This document shows, piece by piece, positions 1-10,431 of a stretch of 64,000 nt of DNA. The position numbers were made by a program, and so were the translations under genes. The stretch spans positions 9,750-73,749 of the forward strand of contig JAAYUE010000053.1 in assembly GCA_012517905.1 (NCBI GenBank). The letters run 5' to 3'. The DNA is from Clostridiales bacterium. GTDB lineage: Bacteria; Bacillota; Clostridia; Christensenellales; CAG-138. How positions within the stretch are numbered: the first letter of the stretch is position 1; every line of letters starts with the position of its first letter. The notes under the pieces are model-generated. The model ran no database searches. It was not told the origin of the DNA and worked only from the letters and a program-made list of their open reading frames with translations.

Positions 1-37
1 TAGACGGCACGAAAGCGACCGAACATCTTTCACTGCA

Positions 38-89
38 ATAAAAAAATCGACCGGATCGAGCGCAGCCCGCTCACCGGTCGATTTGTTTA
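38..89 (-). terminator. Rho-independent terminator-like hairpin, usable on either strand
   Basis: Arms ATCGACCGG (46..54) and CCGGTCGAT (74..82) with an inner GAGCG/CGCTC helix. A7 at 40..46 gives a U7 tract on the minus strand; a T-rich tract follows at 82..89 on the plus strand. On the minus strand an ATG (26..24, ATGTTCGGTCGC...) follows about 13 nt later and runs off the window. Confidence 0.6.
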
Positions 90-364
90 TTCCACTCTGT
101 GCGCCTCAGTGCATGCGCGCCGGAGTAGAATTTCTTTCCAGTCGTGTAATGATGAAAAGCACGTGCGGTCGGCCCGAACGTCTACCCCGCATGGTATATC
201 TCTTATTTCTCCCCGTACTTCAAATCATATTTTATCGATTTGAACTCAGCCGGGACCGATACTTTGGAAAAGGCAAACGGTTGCATTTCTACCCCGTATG
301 GTATGAATTCCCCGACAAATTAATTCCGCTTTGAACGACCGGCGCGACCGGTCCGGCGCCTCCG
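90..364 (-). promoter_or_regulatory. Non-coding, lower-GC structured region between the purL stop and the terminator; candidate cis-regulatory leader (riboswitch/attenuator) or long 3-prime UTR
   Basis: No credible ORF. A 17-nt direct repeat TCTACCCCG[C/T]ATGGTAT lies at 181..197 and 288..304, and a third related copy (minus-strand GTACGGGGAGAAA) at 206..218. Class not identified. Confidence 0.3.
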
Positions 365-3300
365 TCATGAAAAGTACAGCACCGCGGACTCGAAGAGGCG
401 CATGTCGAACGAGCCCGACACGTTTCGATACAGTCCGTTTCCGATGCGTTCGCTGTGTCCCATCTTGCCGAGAATACGCCCGTCCGGCGACGTGATCGCC
501 TCCACCGCCGCATACGATCCGCTCGGATTAAAGCGCACGTCCATGGTCGGCTTGCCGCTCTCGTCCACATACTGCGCGGCGATCTGGCCGCTTTCCGCAA
601 GATCGGCAAACACGTCCGGCGGACAGAGGAAGCGGCCCTCGCCGTGCGAAACCGGCATGGTGTAAATCTCCCCCGCCCCCGCGAGCGTCAGCCAGGGCGA
701 GCGATCGGACGTGACGCGCGCGCGCACCAGACGGGATTGATGCCGCCCGATGGCGTTGAACGTCAGCGTAGGCGACTGCGGCGTGGGCTCTTCGATGCGC
801 CCGTACGGCAGCAGGCCGAGTTTGACGAGCGCCTGAAATCCGTTGCACACGCCGAGCGCGAGACCGTCCCGCTCGTCGAGCAGGCGCGTCAGCGCGGCGG
901 CCGCGAGGGGGTTTTTCAAGAATGCGGTGATGAACTTCCCGGAGCCGTCCGGCTCGTCTCCGTTGGAAAACCCGCCGGGCAGAAACAGCGCCTGCGCGCG
1001 ATCCAGCCGCGCGGCAAACGCGCGAAGCGACGCCTCGATCGCCGCCGCGGATTGTGTTTGAAGTACCAGCACGTCCGCCGCCGCTCCCGCGCGCTCCACG
1101 GCGCGGGCGGATTCGTATTCGCAGTTCGTCCCCGGAAAGACCGGAATCAGGATGCGCGGCTTTGCAAAAGAAGCCTTGCGCGGTTTTGCGCGCTGTGCCG
1201 CGTGAATCACCGGCACGTCGATTTGCCCACCCGATGGAACTGCCTTCTGCGTCGGAAAGACGTCCGCCAGCGGTCGCTCGTACGCTGCCTCCAGCGCGTC
1301 CATGTCCGCGCGCTCCCCGCGCCAGAGCAGCGCTCTTTCGGCTGTCGTTTTGCCGAGCGGTTTGCCAAGATCGACCCCCTGCGCAAGCTCCAGAACGAAC
1401 GCGCCGAGGTGAGGCGCAAACAGCGCTTCGAGGTCGGCCGCGTCGTCAAAGCGGAACCCGAGCCCGTTGCCGAGGCACATGCGAAAAACCGCGTCGGCCA
1501 CGCCGCCGGAGCCCGGCGTATAGGCCGAGAGCGCTTGTCCGGATTCGATCAACGCATAGATTTGCCGCAGCAGCCGCGTCATCGAGCCCGCCTCCGGCAG
1601 GCCGTCCGCGCGGCAGTCGGGGCGAAGCAGCGCGACCGCCGACCCCGCCCGCTTGAACTCCGGCGAGCAGACCGTGCCAGCGCCGCCGATGGCGACCGCA
1701 AAGGAGACCAGCGTGGGCGGCACATCCAGCGATTCGAAGGACCCGCTCATGGAATCCTTGCCGCCGATGGCCGCCACGCCGAGATCGAGCTGCGCCTGCA
1801 GCGCGCCGAGCAGCGCGGCGGCAGGCTTGCCCCAGCGGGAGGCGTCCGTCCCCGGCTTTCCGAAATATTCCTGAAAGGTCAAATAGCGCTCGGTCAGCGG
1901 CGCGCCCGTCGCGGCAAGTTTGCAGAGCGACTCCACCACGGCGGCATACCCGCCCGAATACGGCGACGCCTCCGAACGAACCGGGTCGAAGCCCCAGGAC
2001 ATCAGCGTGCACGCGTCGGTTTCGCCGCTCAGCAGCGGCAGCTTTGCCGCCATGGCCTGCGGAGGCGTGAGCTGCCGCCTGCCGCCGAATGGCATGAGCA
2101 CGGAATACGCGCCGACCGTGGAGTCGAAGCGCTCGCTCAGCCCGCGTTTTGAACAATGGTTCAGGTCGGACACCAGCGCGAGGCACCGCGCCGTAAATCC
2201 ATCCGCGGCGGCATCGGCTTGTCGTTCGCGCGGCGCGTCAACGCGCGCGCGCGTATGCTTGCGCGCGCCATTGCTGTCGATGAAGCTTCTCGGCAGATCC
2301 ACGATCCGCTCTCCGCGCCAGCGCATGCGAAGCCTTGGCTCCCGCGTGATCTGCGCGACGGCGACGGCGGAGAGATTTTCCTCCGCCGCGAGTGCGATGA
2401 ACGCCTCCGCATCTTTCGCGGCAACCACGACGGCCATGCGCTCCTGCGACTCGCTGATGGCGAGCTCCGTTCCGTCGAGGCCCTCGTATTTGACGGGCAC
2501 CTTGTCGAGATCGACGCTCACGCCGTCCGCCAGTTCTCCGATGGCGACCGATACGCCGCCCGCGCCGAAGTCGTTGCAGCGCTTGATAAGCCGCGCCGCC
2601 TCGGGGTTTCGAAACAGCCGCTGGAGCTTGCGCTCCTCCGGCGCGTTGCCCTTTTGCACCTCCGCGCCGCACTGCGTAAGTGAATCCATGTTATGCGCCT
2701 TGGAAGATCCCGTCGCACCGCCGCAGCCGTCCCGGCCCGTCTTGCCGCCAAGCAGCAGCACCACGTCCCCGTCCTCCGGCGTTTCGCGACGCACGTTTTC
2801 CGCAGGCGCCGCGCCGATGACGGCGCCGATTTCCATGCGCTTCGCCATATACCCCGCATGGTAAATTTCGTCCACAAGGCCGGTCGCAAGCCCGATCTGG
2901 TTGCCGTAGGAGCTGTATCCCGCGGCGGCCGTGGTCACGAGCTTGCGCTGCGGCAGCTTGCCGGGCAGCGTCTCGGCATACGGCCTGCGCGGGTCCGCCG
3001 CGCCGGTCAGGCGCATGGCCTGATAGACGTAGGCGCGGCCCGAGAGCGGGTCGCGAATCGCGCCGCCGATGCAGGTCGCCGCGCCGCCGAAAGGCTCGAT
3101 CTCCGTCGGATGGTTGTGGGTTTCGTTCTTAAAAAGCACCAGCCACCGCTGCTTTTTTCCGTCGACCTCGATCTCTGTTTTCACCGTACAGGCGTTGATT
3201 TCAGCGGAATCGTCGAGTAAATCGAGCCTGCCGTGCGCGGAAAACCAGCGCGCCGCAATGGTCGCAAGATCCATCAGCGTGACCGGTTTGTTTCCCCCGA

Positions 3301-4063
3301 GCTCACGCCGTATATTGAGATAGGTTTCGTATGTCTGCGCCGCGCGCGGGTCGAGAAACTCCACCGCGTCCAGCTCGGTCAGAAACGTCGTGTGCCGGCA
3401 GTGATCGGACCAATAGGTGTCCAGAAGCTTGAGTTCCGTGAGCGTAGGATCGCGCCCCTCTTCTGAGAACTGCGCGCGGCAGCACTTCAAGTCGTCGAGG
3501 TCCATCGCCAGCCCGTATGTCGCAATCAGCGCATGCAGCGCCTCGTCGTCCAGCGCGGTAAAGCCGGTCAGCACCGGGATCGGCGCGGGATCGCTTGCCG
3601 CCATCGCAAGCGACGCGTACGGTTCGAGCGAGGCGAGGCGCGCCTCCACCGGGTTGACGACATAGCGCTTGATCGCATCCAGCTCCGCGTCGCTCGGCGT
3701 CCCGCCGAGCAGGTAGACGCGCGCCGTGCGCACCGCCGGAGCCTCCCGCTGCGAGAGCAGCGCGATGCACTGCGCGCAGGCGTCCGCGCGCTGGTCGTAT
3801 TGCCCGGGCAGGTATTCCACCGCGAACACCGCGCCGCCGCCGTCCGGCAGCGCGTCGTAAACAAGATCGATTGGCGGTTCGGCAAACACCGAATAGCGGC
3901 AGGATGAAAAGAGCGCCTCATCCACGCCCTCCACGTCGTAGCGGTTCAGGATGCGCGCGTTTGATACGCTCTCGATCCCCAGCACGCCTCGTATATCGCT
4001 CAAAAGCGCGTTTGCTTCCTGCGCAAACGCCGCTTTCTTTTCTACATAGATTCTATAGACCAT
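365..4063 (-). CDS. purL: Phosphoribosylformylglycinamidine (FGAM) synthase, single-chain large form
   Basis: ORF 365..4138. Start moved to ATG 4063 (MVYRIYVEKK), which overlaps the purD stop (ATGGTCTATAG). Has duplicated AIR-synthase-like domains plus a C-terminal glutaminase (GVCNGFQ, SHGEGRF). Last gene of the pur operon. Confidence 0.95.
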   Translation of the reverse strand: MVYRIYVEKKAAFAQEANALLSDIRGVLGIESVSNARILNRYDVEGVDEALFSSCRYSVFAEPPIDLVYDALPDGGGAVFAVEYLPGQYDQRADACAQCIALLSQREAPAVRTARVYLLGGTPSDAELDAIKRYVVNPVEARLASLEPYASLAMAASDPAPIPVLTGFTALDDEALHALIATYGLAMDLDDLKCCRAQFSEEGRDPTLTELKLLDTYWSDHCRHTTFLTELDAVEFLDPRAAQTYETYLNIRRELGGNKPVTLMDLATIAARWFSAHGRLDLLDDSAEINACTVKTEIEVDGKKQRWLVLFKNETHNHPTEIEPFGGAATCIGGAIRDPLSGRAYVYQAMRLTGAADPRRPYAETLPGKLPQRKLVTTAAAGYSSYGNQIGLATGLVDEIYHAGYMAKRMEIGAVIGAAPAENVRRETPEDGDVVLLLGGKTGRDGCGGATGSSKAHNMDSLTQCGAEVQKGNAPEERKLQRLFRNPEAARLIKRCNDFGAGGVSVAIGELADGVSVDLDKVPVKYEGLDGTELAISESQERMAVVVAAKDAEAFIALAAEENLSAVAVAQITREPRLRMRWRGERIVDLPRSFIDSNGARKHTRARVDAPRERQADAAADGFTARCLALVSDLNHCSKRGLSERFDSTVGAYSVLMPFGGRRQLTPPQAMAAKLPLLSGETDACTLMSWGFDPVRSEASPYSGGYAAVVESLCKLAATGAPLTERYLTFQEYFGKPGTDASRWGKPAAALLGALQAQLDLGVAAIGGKDSMSGSFESLDVPPTLVSFAVAIGGAGTVCSPEFKRAGSAVALLRPDCRADGLPEAGSMTRLLRQIYALIESGQALSAYTPGSGGVADAVFRMCLGNGLGFRFDDAADLEALFAPHLGAFVLELAQGVDLGKPLGKTTAERALLWRGERADMDALEAAYERPLADVFPTQKAVPSGGQIDVPVIHAAQRAKPRKASFAKPRILIPVFPGTNCEYESARAVERAGAAADVLVLQTQSAAAIEASLRAFAARLDRAQALFLPGGFSNGDEPDGSGKFITAFLKNPLAAAALTRLLDERDGLALGVCNGFQALVKLGLLPYGRIEEPTPQSPTLTFNAIGRHQSRLVRARVTSDRSPWLTLAGAGEIYTMPVSHGEGRFLCPPDVFADLAESGQIAAQYVDESGKPTMDVRFNPSGSYAAVEAITSPDGRILGKMGHSERIGNGLYRNVSGSFDMRLFESAVLYFS

Positions 4064-5354
4064 GCCGTTCTGCCTTTCCCTCCGCCGTGTCCGCCAGCGC
4101 GCGCTCACCGATGTCGCGCCGGTAAAACGCGTTATCAAAGCGCACCTGCCGCACCGCGTCGTAAGCGGCGCGCTGCGCCTCGCGCGGAGTTTTCGCCACG
4201 GCGGTCACCCCGAGCACCCGGCCGCCGGACGTAACAAGCCGCCCGTCGTTCCATTTTGTACCCGCCTGATACACAAACACGTTTTCGGTCTCGGGCGCGC
4301 CGCCGAGCGAGATTTCATAGCCGGTGTCGTACTTCGCCGGATACCCCTGCGAGGCCATCACCACGCAGCAGGCCGCGCCGGGGCGAAAGCGCACGCGCAC
4401 CTCGCTCAGTCGCTCCTCCTCCACGGCAAGCATGATCTCCAGAAGGTCCGTCTCCAGCAGCGGCAGCACGACCTGCGTCTCGGGGTCCCCGAACCGGCAG
4501 TTGTATTCGATGACCTTCGGGCCGTCCTGCGTCAGCATCAGGCCGAAATAGAGGCAGCCCTTAAACGCCCGCCCCTCCGCGTTCATGGCGCGCATGGTGG
4601 GCAGAAAGATACGCTCGCGGCACTCGATCGCAAGCTCCGGCGTGTAATACGGGTTCGGCGCAAGCGCGCCCATGCCGCCGGTATTCAGGCCAAGATCGCC
4701 GTCCTGCGCGCGCTTGTGGTCGAGCGCGGAGACCATCGGCACGAGCGTCTTTCCGTCGGTAAACGCAAGCACGCTCGCCTCGTTTCCCGTGAGGAATTCT
4801 TCGATCACCACGCGGCTGCCGCTCGCGCCAAACACGCCGTCCTCCATCATGGAGCGCACGGCGTCTTTCGCTTCTTCCTCGTTTTGGGCGATAATGACGC
4901 CTTTGCCGAGCGCGGGGCCGTCCGCCTTGACGACGGTCGGATACGACGCTTTGGCAAGGTAGGCGTACGCGTCGTTTGCATTGTCAAACAGTTCGTATGC
5001 GGCGGTCGGGATGCCGTAACGCTTCATGAGCGACTTGGCAAAGCTCTTGCTGCCCTCGATCTCGGCCGCGGCGGCCGAAGGTCCGAAGCAGCGGATGCCC
5101 GCCGCGCGAAGCCGGTCGCACGCGCCCTGGATCAGCGGGTCGTCCGGCGCGACGACGGCGAAGTCCACCCCGCGCTCCAGCGCAAAAGAGACGATGCCTC
5201 CGATGTCCGTCGCCGCAATCGGCACGCACTCGGCATGCGCGCGCATGCCGCCGTTGCCGGGCAGCGCGTAGATGGTCTCGACGCGCGGATTTACCCGCAG
5301 CTTTTCGAGGATAGCGTGTTCGCGGCCGCCGCCGCCGACGATCATAACTTTCAT
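4053..5354 (-). CDS. purD: Phosphoribosylamine-glycine ligase (GAR synthetase)
   Basis: 433-aa ORF, MKVMIVGGGGREHAI N-terminus, ATP-grasp architecture. Stop is TAG. Confidence 0.95.
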   Translation of the reverse strand: MKVMIVGGGGREHAILEKLRVNPRVETIYALPGNGGMRAHAECVPIAATDIGGIVSFALERGVDFAVVAPDDPLIQGACDRLRAAGIRCFGPSAAAAEIEGSKSFAKSLMKRYGIPTAAYELFDNANDAYAYLAKASYPTVVKADGPALGKGVIIAQNEEEAKDAVRSMMEDGVFGASGSRVVIEEFLTGNEASVLAFTDGKTLVPMVSALDHKRAQDGDLGLNTGGMGALAPNPYYTPELAIECRERIFLPTMRAMNAEGRAFKGCLYFGLMLTQDGPKVIEYNCRFGDPETQVVLPLLETDLLEIMLAVEEERLSEVRVRFRPGAACCVVMASQGYPAKYDTGYEISLGGAPETENVFVYQAGTKWNDGRLVTSGGRVLGVTAVAKTPREAQRAAYDAVRQVRFDNAFYRRDIGERALADTAEGKAERHGL

Positions 5355-5426
5355 ATCATTGATATCCGATCCCAGCGAATCATCCCGATGACTGACCGTT
5401 TCGGAATGCTCTTGTTCAAAGTGGTT

Positions 5427-6608
5427 TTAATGGTGGAACAGCCGCAGTCCCGTGAAGAACATCGCCATGCCGTAGCGATCGCACGCGGCGATCACGTCCT
5501 CGTCCCGCACCGATCCGCCGGGCTGAGCGACGTACGTCACCCCGCTCTCATGCGCGCGCTCGATGTTGTCCCCAAACGGGAAAAACGCGTCGCTGCCGAG
5601 CGATACGCCGGAAAGCGCGGCCATGTGCGCCGCGCGCTCGGTCGCCGTCAGCGGCTCCGGCCGCTCGGTGAAAAACGTGTCCCAACCGCTCTCGCCGAAC
5701 GCATCCCCTCCCTTGCCGGAGATGTAGAGATCGATCAGGTTGTCCCGCTCCGGCCGCTTGACGGCGGGCAAAAACGGAAGCGCGAGCACCTTTTCACAGC
5801 GGCGCATCCACCAGATGTCCGCCTTGTCTCCCGCAAGACGCGTGCAGTGGATGCGGGACTGCTGGCCCGCGCCGACGCCGATCGTCTGCCCGCCGCGGGC
5901 GAAGCAGACGGAGTTGGACTGCGTGTATTTGAGCGTGATCAGCGAAAGGACCAGATCCCGCTTCGCCGCCTCGTCGATGGTTCGATTCGCGGTCACCGAT
6001 TGTTCGAGAAGCGACGCGTCGATCTTTGCGGCGTTGCGCGGCTGCTCAAACGTAACGCCGAACACCTGCTTGCGCTCCGTCTCCTCCGGCTCATAAGCCG
6101 GGTCGATCCGAATCACGCCGTAGGTCCCGTTTCGCTTGGTCCTGAGCAGGTCCAGCGCCTCGGGCGTATATCCCGGCGCAATCACGCCGTCCGATACCTC
6201 GCGCTTGATGATCGCGGCGCACGGAGCGTCGCAAACGTCGCTGAGCGCGATAAAGTCGCCAAAGGACGACATGCGGTCCGTTCCGCGCGCGCGCGCATAC
6301 GCGCAGGCGATCGGGGAATCGTTGACGCCCGGAATGTCGTCCACCGCACAGGCCTGCAGGTCGACGCCGCTCAGCGGCAGGCCGAGCGCCGCGCCAGCGG
6401 GACTGACGTGCTTTAACGACGCGGCGGCGGGCAGGCCGAGTGCATCTTTGAGCTCCTTCACCAGCTGCCAGGCGTTGAACGCGTCCAGAAAATTGATGTA
6501 GCCCGGCCGGCCGTTGAGCACCTCAATGGGCAGCTCGCCGCGCTCCATATAGATCCGCGCGGGCTTCTGGTGCGGGTTGCAGCCGTATTTCAAACTCATT
6601 TCCTTCAT
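5427..6608 (-). CDS. purH: AICAR formyltransferase-only PurH (no N-terminal IMP cyclohydrolase/MGS domain)
   Basis: ORF 5427..6614 begins with TTG. The ATG at 6608 has GAGGGGG 7 nt upstream. The protein starts directly at the AICARFT region (LKYGCNPHQ) and is about 390 aa rather than about 510 aa. Confidence 0.88.
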   Translation of the reverse strand: MKEMSLKYGCNPHQKPARIYMERGELPIEVLNGRPGYINFLDAFNAWQLVKELKDALGLPAAASLKHVSPAGAALGLPLSGVDLQACAVDDIPGVNDSPIACAYARARGTDRMSSFGDFIALSDVCDAPCAAIIKREVSDGVIAPGYTPEALDLLRTKRNGTYGVIRIDPAYEPEETERKQVFGVTFEQPRNAAKIDASLLEQSVTANRTIDEAAKRDLVLSLITLKYTQSNSVCFARGGQTIGVGAGQQSRIHCTRLAGDKADIWWMRRCEKVLALPFLPAVKRPERDNLIDLYISGKGGDAFGESGWDTFFTERPEPLTATERAAHMAALSGVSLGSDAFFPFGDNIERAHESGVTYVAQPGGSVRDEDVIAACDRYGMAMFFTGLRLFHH

Positions 6609-6610
6609 GC

Positions 6611-7333
6611 TCAAGCCCCCTCGACAGCGTATTTGTTATAGATCCTGTCTTCGTAAGCGCCGTTTTCGATGTCCGTATAGCGCACGTAGAGCGACACTTT
6701 GTTGTCCGGATTCAGCGCATTCCAAAGCCCGTCCGCAAAGGCGGCGAACCCGTCCGGCAGCGACACGGGCGCGGGCTCTCCCGAAAAGCTCGGCAGCACG
6801 GCCCCGTCGCCGGCATAGGTATGGATGAGGTGTCCTACACCCGCGACCGGCTCGTATTCAAAAAACTGGCGCAGCGCCGCCGTACCCGCCGCGTCGCCCG
6901 CCTTGAGGATGGAGAGCGCATAGGAAAATCGGTCCCCGCCAAAATACTGGATGCCGCTCACGCGCGGGGTGAAGTGCGGCGCGTCCGGCTCGAAGGTGCG
7001 CGTCCTCAGCGCGCCCTCAAACGATCCACCGGCCGCCAGCGCGTCGCAGACGGTGTCCGTCTGGTCCCCGTTGGTCACGACCGTGCAGTCGGAGAGCGTG
7101 CGCAGCGGCGTATAGAGAATCAGGCTGGTGTCGGCGATCTTTCCGCCGTCCAGCATCAGGATGCCGACGTCGTCGCCGTTTTTCACAAACGCGCGGCTGC
7201 GGCTGCCCGCGCTGCGCCCCATGATGAAATATGCCAGCGCGGCATGCTTCGCATCGGGCGTGAGGCCGAGCAGGACGCCGCGGCCCGGGTAAGGATTCTC
7301 GCTCAATCGATCAAACAGGTGATTTGCTTCCAT
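6611..7333 (-). CDS. purO: IMP cyclohydrolase, PurO-like (archaeal-type) family
   Basis: ORF 6611..7369. ATG 7333 ([20 protein letters not shown]) has GAAGGGAA upstream. Family recognised from recalled PurO-like sequences. Sits between purN and the cyclohydrolase-less purH. Confidence 0.75.
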   Translation of the reverse strand: MEANHLFDRLSENPYPGRGVLLGLTPDAKHAALAYFIMGRSAGSRSRAFVKNGDDVGILMLDGGKIADTSLILYTPLRTLSDCTVVTNGDQTDTVCDALAAGGSFEGALRTRTFEPDAPHFTPRVSGIQYFGGDRFSYALSILKAGDAAGTAALRQFFEYEPVAGVGHLIHTYAGDGAVLPSFSGEPAPVSLPDGFAAFADGLWNALNPDNKVSLYVRYTDIENGAYEDRIYNKYAVEGA

Positions 7334-7955
7334 CGGTATTCCCTTCGGTTTGTTTTTGCAGGAGCGCAAAGCAGATCATCTCCGCCGCCTGCGGCAGCAG
7401 CGACCACTCCGCCTGCTCCATCACGCGCCGCTGCAGCGTCTGCGGCGTATCGCCCGGCAGCACGGGGACGCGCTTTTGCATCAGGATCGCACCGCCGTCC
7501 GGCACCTCGTTGACCATGTGCACCGTGGCGCCCGTCACCGATTCGCCCGCAGCCAGCACCGCTTCGTGCACTTTCAGGCCATAGTAACCCTTGCCGCAGT
7601 AGGCCGGAATCAGCGAAGGGTGCACGTTGATCATCCGATCGGGATAGTGCGAAACGAACGCCGCGCTGAGAATCAGCATGAACCCCGCGAGCACGACGAC
7701 GTCGATTTGGTGTCGCCGGAGCGTTCGCAGCAGCGCTTCTTCAAATGCCTTCTGGTCGGAAAACGAACCGCGCTCCACAACCTCGGTTTCGATGCCCGCG
7801 GCTTTCGCCCGCGCCAGCGCAAACGCGCCGGCCTTGCTGGAAACGACCAGCGCGAGCTTGCCGCTAAACAGCGTTCCGGCGTCCCGCGCGTCGATGAGCG
7901 CCTGCAGATTGGTCCCGCCGCCGGAGACCAGCACGGCGACGCGCGGCTTCAGCAT
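7311..7955 (-). CDS. purN: Phosphoribosylglycinamide formyltransferase
   Basis: 214-aa ORF with formyl-transferase motifs ([15 protein letters not shown]). Its ATG overlaps the purM stop (ATGCTGA). Confidence 0.93.
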   Translation of the reverse strand: MLKPRVAVLVSGGGTNLQALIDARDAGTLFSGKLALVVSSKAGAFALARAKAAGIETEVVERGSFSDQKAFEEALLRTLRRHQIDVVVLAGFMLILSAAFVSHYPDRMINVHPSLIPAYCGKGYYGLKVHEAVLAAGESVTGATVHMVNEVPDGGAILMQKRVPVLPGDTPQTLQRRVMEQAEWSLLPQAAEMICFALLQKQTEGNTDGSKSPV

Positions 7956-8962
7956 AGCGAAACGCCTTCCCCGCCAGCGACGATCTCGCCGATGGCATAC
8001 GCTTCCACGCCCTCGTTAGCAAGCAACGCCACCGCGCCGTCCGCCTCCGCGGCGGGCACGGTGAGCGTCATGCCGACGCCCATGTTGAACGTGCCGAACA
8101 TATCCTTTTCCTCCATGCCGCCGCGTTTTTGCAGCAGCCGGAAGATGGGGAGCACGCGCACGCTCCGTTTCTCGATGCGCGCGGAGTGGCCTTTTGGAAT
8201 GCTGCGCGGGATGTTCTCGTAAAATCCACCGCCGGTGATGTGCGCGACGGAATGCACCTCGGCGCGTTCGATCAGCGACAGCACGGGCCCGACATAGATC
8301 CGCGTCGGCGTGAGCAGCTCCTCGCCAAGCGTTTTGCCGAGCTCCGGCAGATATTCGTCCAGCGCGTCGCGCCGCATCTCGACGAGCTTTCGCACCAGCG
8401 AAAACCCGTTGGAGTGGACGCCCGAGGACGCGAGCGCGATCAGCACGTCGCCCGCGCGCACGCGCGTGTTGTCGATCAGTTTGTCTTTTTGCACCATGCC
8501 GACGCAGAAGCCCGCAAGGTCGTATTCGCCCTCCGGGTAAAAGCCGGGCATTTCGGCGGTCTCCCCGCCGATGAGCGCGCAACCCGCCTGCCGGCAGCCT
8601 TCCGCGACGCCCTTGACCACGCCGGCCGCCACCTCGGGAACGAGCTTTCCCGTCGCGATATAGTCGAGGAAGAACAGCGGCTTTGCGCCGTGGCAGACCA
8701 CGTCGTTGGCACACATGGCAACGCAGTCGATGCCCACCGTGTCGTGCCGGTCCAGCGCGAAGGCGGCCTTGAGCTTGGTGCCGACGCCGTCCGTGCCGGA
8801 GACGAGCACCTGCTCGCCAAGCGAATACATGCCGCCAAACGACCCAAGAGACTGCATCACGTGCTCGTCGAAGGTGGATTCGGCATACGCCTTCATGCGC
8901 CGGACGGCTTCGTAGCCCGCCTCGACGCTGACCCCGGCGTCCTGATAGGTCAATGATGGCAT
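7949..8962 (-). CDS. purM: Phosphoribosylformylglycinamidine cyclo-ligase (AIR synthetase)
   Basis: 337-aa ORF with the [10 protein letters not shown] motif. AGGAGG lies 6 nt upstream of the ATG. Confidence 0.95.
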   Translation of the reverse strand: MPSLTYQDAGVSVEAGYEAVRRMKAYAESTFDEHVMQSLGSFGGMYSLGEQVLVSGTDGVGTKLKAAFALDRHDTVGIDCVAMCANDVVCHGAKPLFFLDYIATGKLVPEVAAGVVKGVAEGCRQAGCALIGGETAEMPGFYPEGEYDLAGFCVGMVQKDKLIDNTRVRAGDVLIALASSGVHSNGFSLVRKLVEMRRDALDEYLPELGKTLGEELLTPTRIYVGPVLSLIERAEVHSVAHITGGGFYENIPRSIPKGHSARIEKRSVRVLPIFRLLQKRGGMEEKDMFGTFNMGVGMTLTVPAAEADGAVALLANEGVEAYAIGEIVAGGEGVSLC

Positions 8963-8972
8963 AGCTGCCTCC

Positions 8973-10430
8973 TTATCGATCCAACAGTTTCTTTCCGTCG
9001 CGCTTTGTCAGCGCGGACACATCCTCCGGATACTTGCCATTGAAGCAGCCCGCGCAGAAATTGCACGCCGCGCCCTCCACGGTTTTGAGCAGGTCCTCGA
9101 TGCTCAGATAGCTCAGCGAGTCCGCCCCGATGAATCTGCGAATCTCTTCCACGGAGTGATTCGCGCCGATGAGCTGCTCGTAGGAAGAGGTGTCGATGCC
9201 GAAATAGCAGGGATGCATGACCGGCGGCGAGCTCACGCGGATGTGCACTTCCTTGGCGCCGGCGGTGCGCAGCATCTCCACGATGCGCTTGCTCGTCGTG
9301 CCGCGAACGATGGAATCGTCCACCAGCAGCACGCGCTTGCCGCGCACGTTGCGCTTGAGCGCGCTGAACTTGAGGGAAACGTCCATCTCCCGCCGGTCCT
9401 GCGAAGGCTCGATAAACGTGCGCCCCATATACCGGTTTTTGGACAGCGCGATCGTAAACGGCAGTCCCGCCTGTTTTGCAAAACCCATCGCGGCGTGCAG
9501 CGAAGAGTCCGGCACAGCGGCGACGACGTCCACGTCCGCCGGGGACGAGATGGCCAAAAGCTCGCCCGCGCGTTCGCGCGCGCGGTGCACCGAGATGCCG
9601 TCGATATCGGAATCCGGCCGCGCGAAGTACACATACTCGAAGATACAGAGCGCGGTGTCGTTTGCGTGCACAGCCTGATGCGATTTTAAGCCGCGCTTGT
9701 CCGCAACGATGATCTCGCCCGGGCGCACGTCCCGAATGAACTCCGCGCCGATGGTGTCGAACGCGCAGGACTCGGAGGCGAACGCATACGCGCCGTCCAG
9801 ACTGCCCAGCGCAAGCGGGCGCATACCCTTGGGGTCGCGGACGCCGACGAGCTGGGTCTTGGTCATCAGCACCATCGCATAGCTGCCCTTGAGCCGTTCC
9901 GCAGCTTTGGCGACGCTCTGCGTAATCCCCTCGCCGATGTTTTTTGCGATCAGCTGCGCGGCGACTTCGGAGTCGATCGTCGTCTGAAACGCGACGCCCT
10001 CGCTCTCCAGCTCGGCGCGCAGTTCGTGCGCGTTGATGATGTTGCCGTTGTGCGCGACGGCCAGCGGCCCCGCCGCGGACTCCACCACGACCGGCTGCGC
10101 GTTGCAGAGCGAGCTGTCCCCCATGGTGGAATAGCGCACGTGCCCGATGGCGAGCGAGGCGCCGCTCAGCGCCGAAAGGCCCTCGCAGAAGCGGCCGCTC
10201 ACGAGGCCCATCTCTTTGTGGCATTCGATGCGCCCTTTGCGCGAGACAGCGATGCCCGCGCTCTCCTGGCCGCGGTGCTGCAGCGCGAAGAGACCGTAAT
10301 AGGTCGCCTCCGCCGCGTCGATCCCGCTGCCGTCGGAGTAGAGGCCGAAGACGCCGCATTCTTCGTTCATGCAGTCGCCGTCCGGCTTGAGCCTTTCATA
10401 TGCTTTCGGCAATCGAATGCGAAGCGGCAT
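8973..10430 (-). CDS. purF: Amidophosphoribosyltransferase
   Basis: CGVFG N-terminal nucleophile and PRTase motif [16 protein letters not shown] 10430 has GGGAGAA upstream and follows the purC stop by 1 nt. An alternative start at ATG 10370 (MNEECGVFG) would give a 4-aa propeptide instead of 24 aa. Confidence 0.9.
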   Translation of the reverse strand: MPLRIRLPKAYERLKPDGDCMNEECGVFGLYSDGSGIDAAEATYYGLFALQHRGQESAGIAVSRKGRIECHKEMGLVSGRFCEGLSALSGASLAIGHVRYSTMGDSSLCNAQPVVVESAAGPLAVAHNGNIINAHELRAELESEGVAFQTTIDSEVAAQLIAKNIGEGITQSVAKAAERLKGSYAMVLMTKTQLVGVRDPKGMRPLALGSLDGAYAFASESCAFDTIGAEFIRDVRPGEIIVADKRGLKSHQAVHANDTALCIFEYVYFARPDSDIDGISVHRARERAGELLAISSPADVDVVAAVPDSSLHAAMGFAKQAGLPFTIALSKNRYMGRTFIEPSQDRREMDVSLKFSALKRNVRGKRVLLVDDSIVRGTTSKRIVEMLRTAGAKEVHIRVSSPPVMHPCYFGIDTSSYEQLIGANHSVEEIRRFIGADSLSYLSIEDLLKTVEGAACNFCAGCFNGKYPEDVSALTKRDGKKLLDR

Positions 10431-10431
10431 G

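Noticed and set aside
90-364. T-box leader, or a small protein (ORF 83..334, plus strand), in the left-edge non-coding region.
   Set aside because: There is no GGGUGGNACCGCG-type T-box sequence or AGUGAAAG-type stem I elements in the right place. The 83-aa ORF has no RBS, an odd composition, and is antisense to the hairpin/terminator architecture.
455-2152. Long reverse-strand ORFs opposite well-supported genes. Examples: 455..2152, 4062..6416, 14161..16872, 19471..21591, 37361..38941, 46958..49318, 50903..52798.
   Set aside because: They are Arg/Ala/Gly/Pro-rich low-complexity translations typical of the antisense frames of GC-rich genes. They have no recognisable motifs, and each fully overlaps a gene with clear family signatures.
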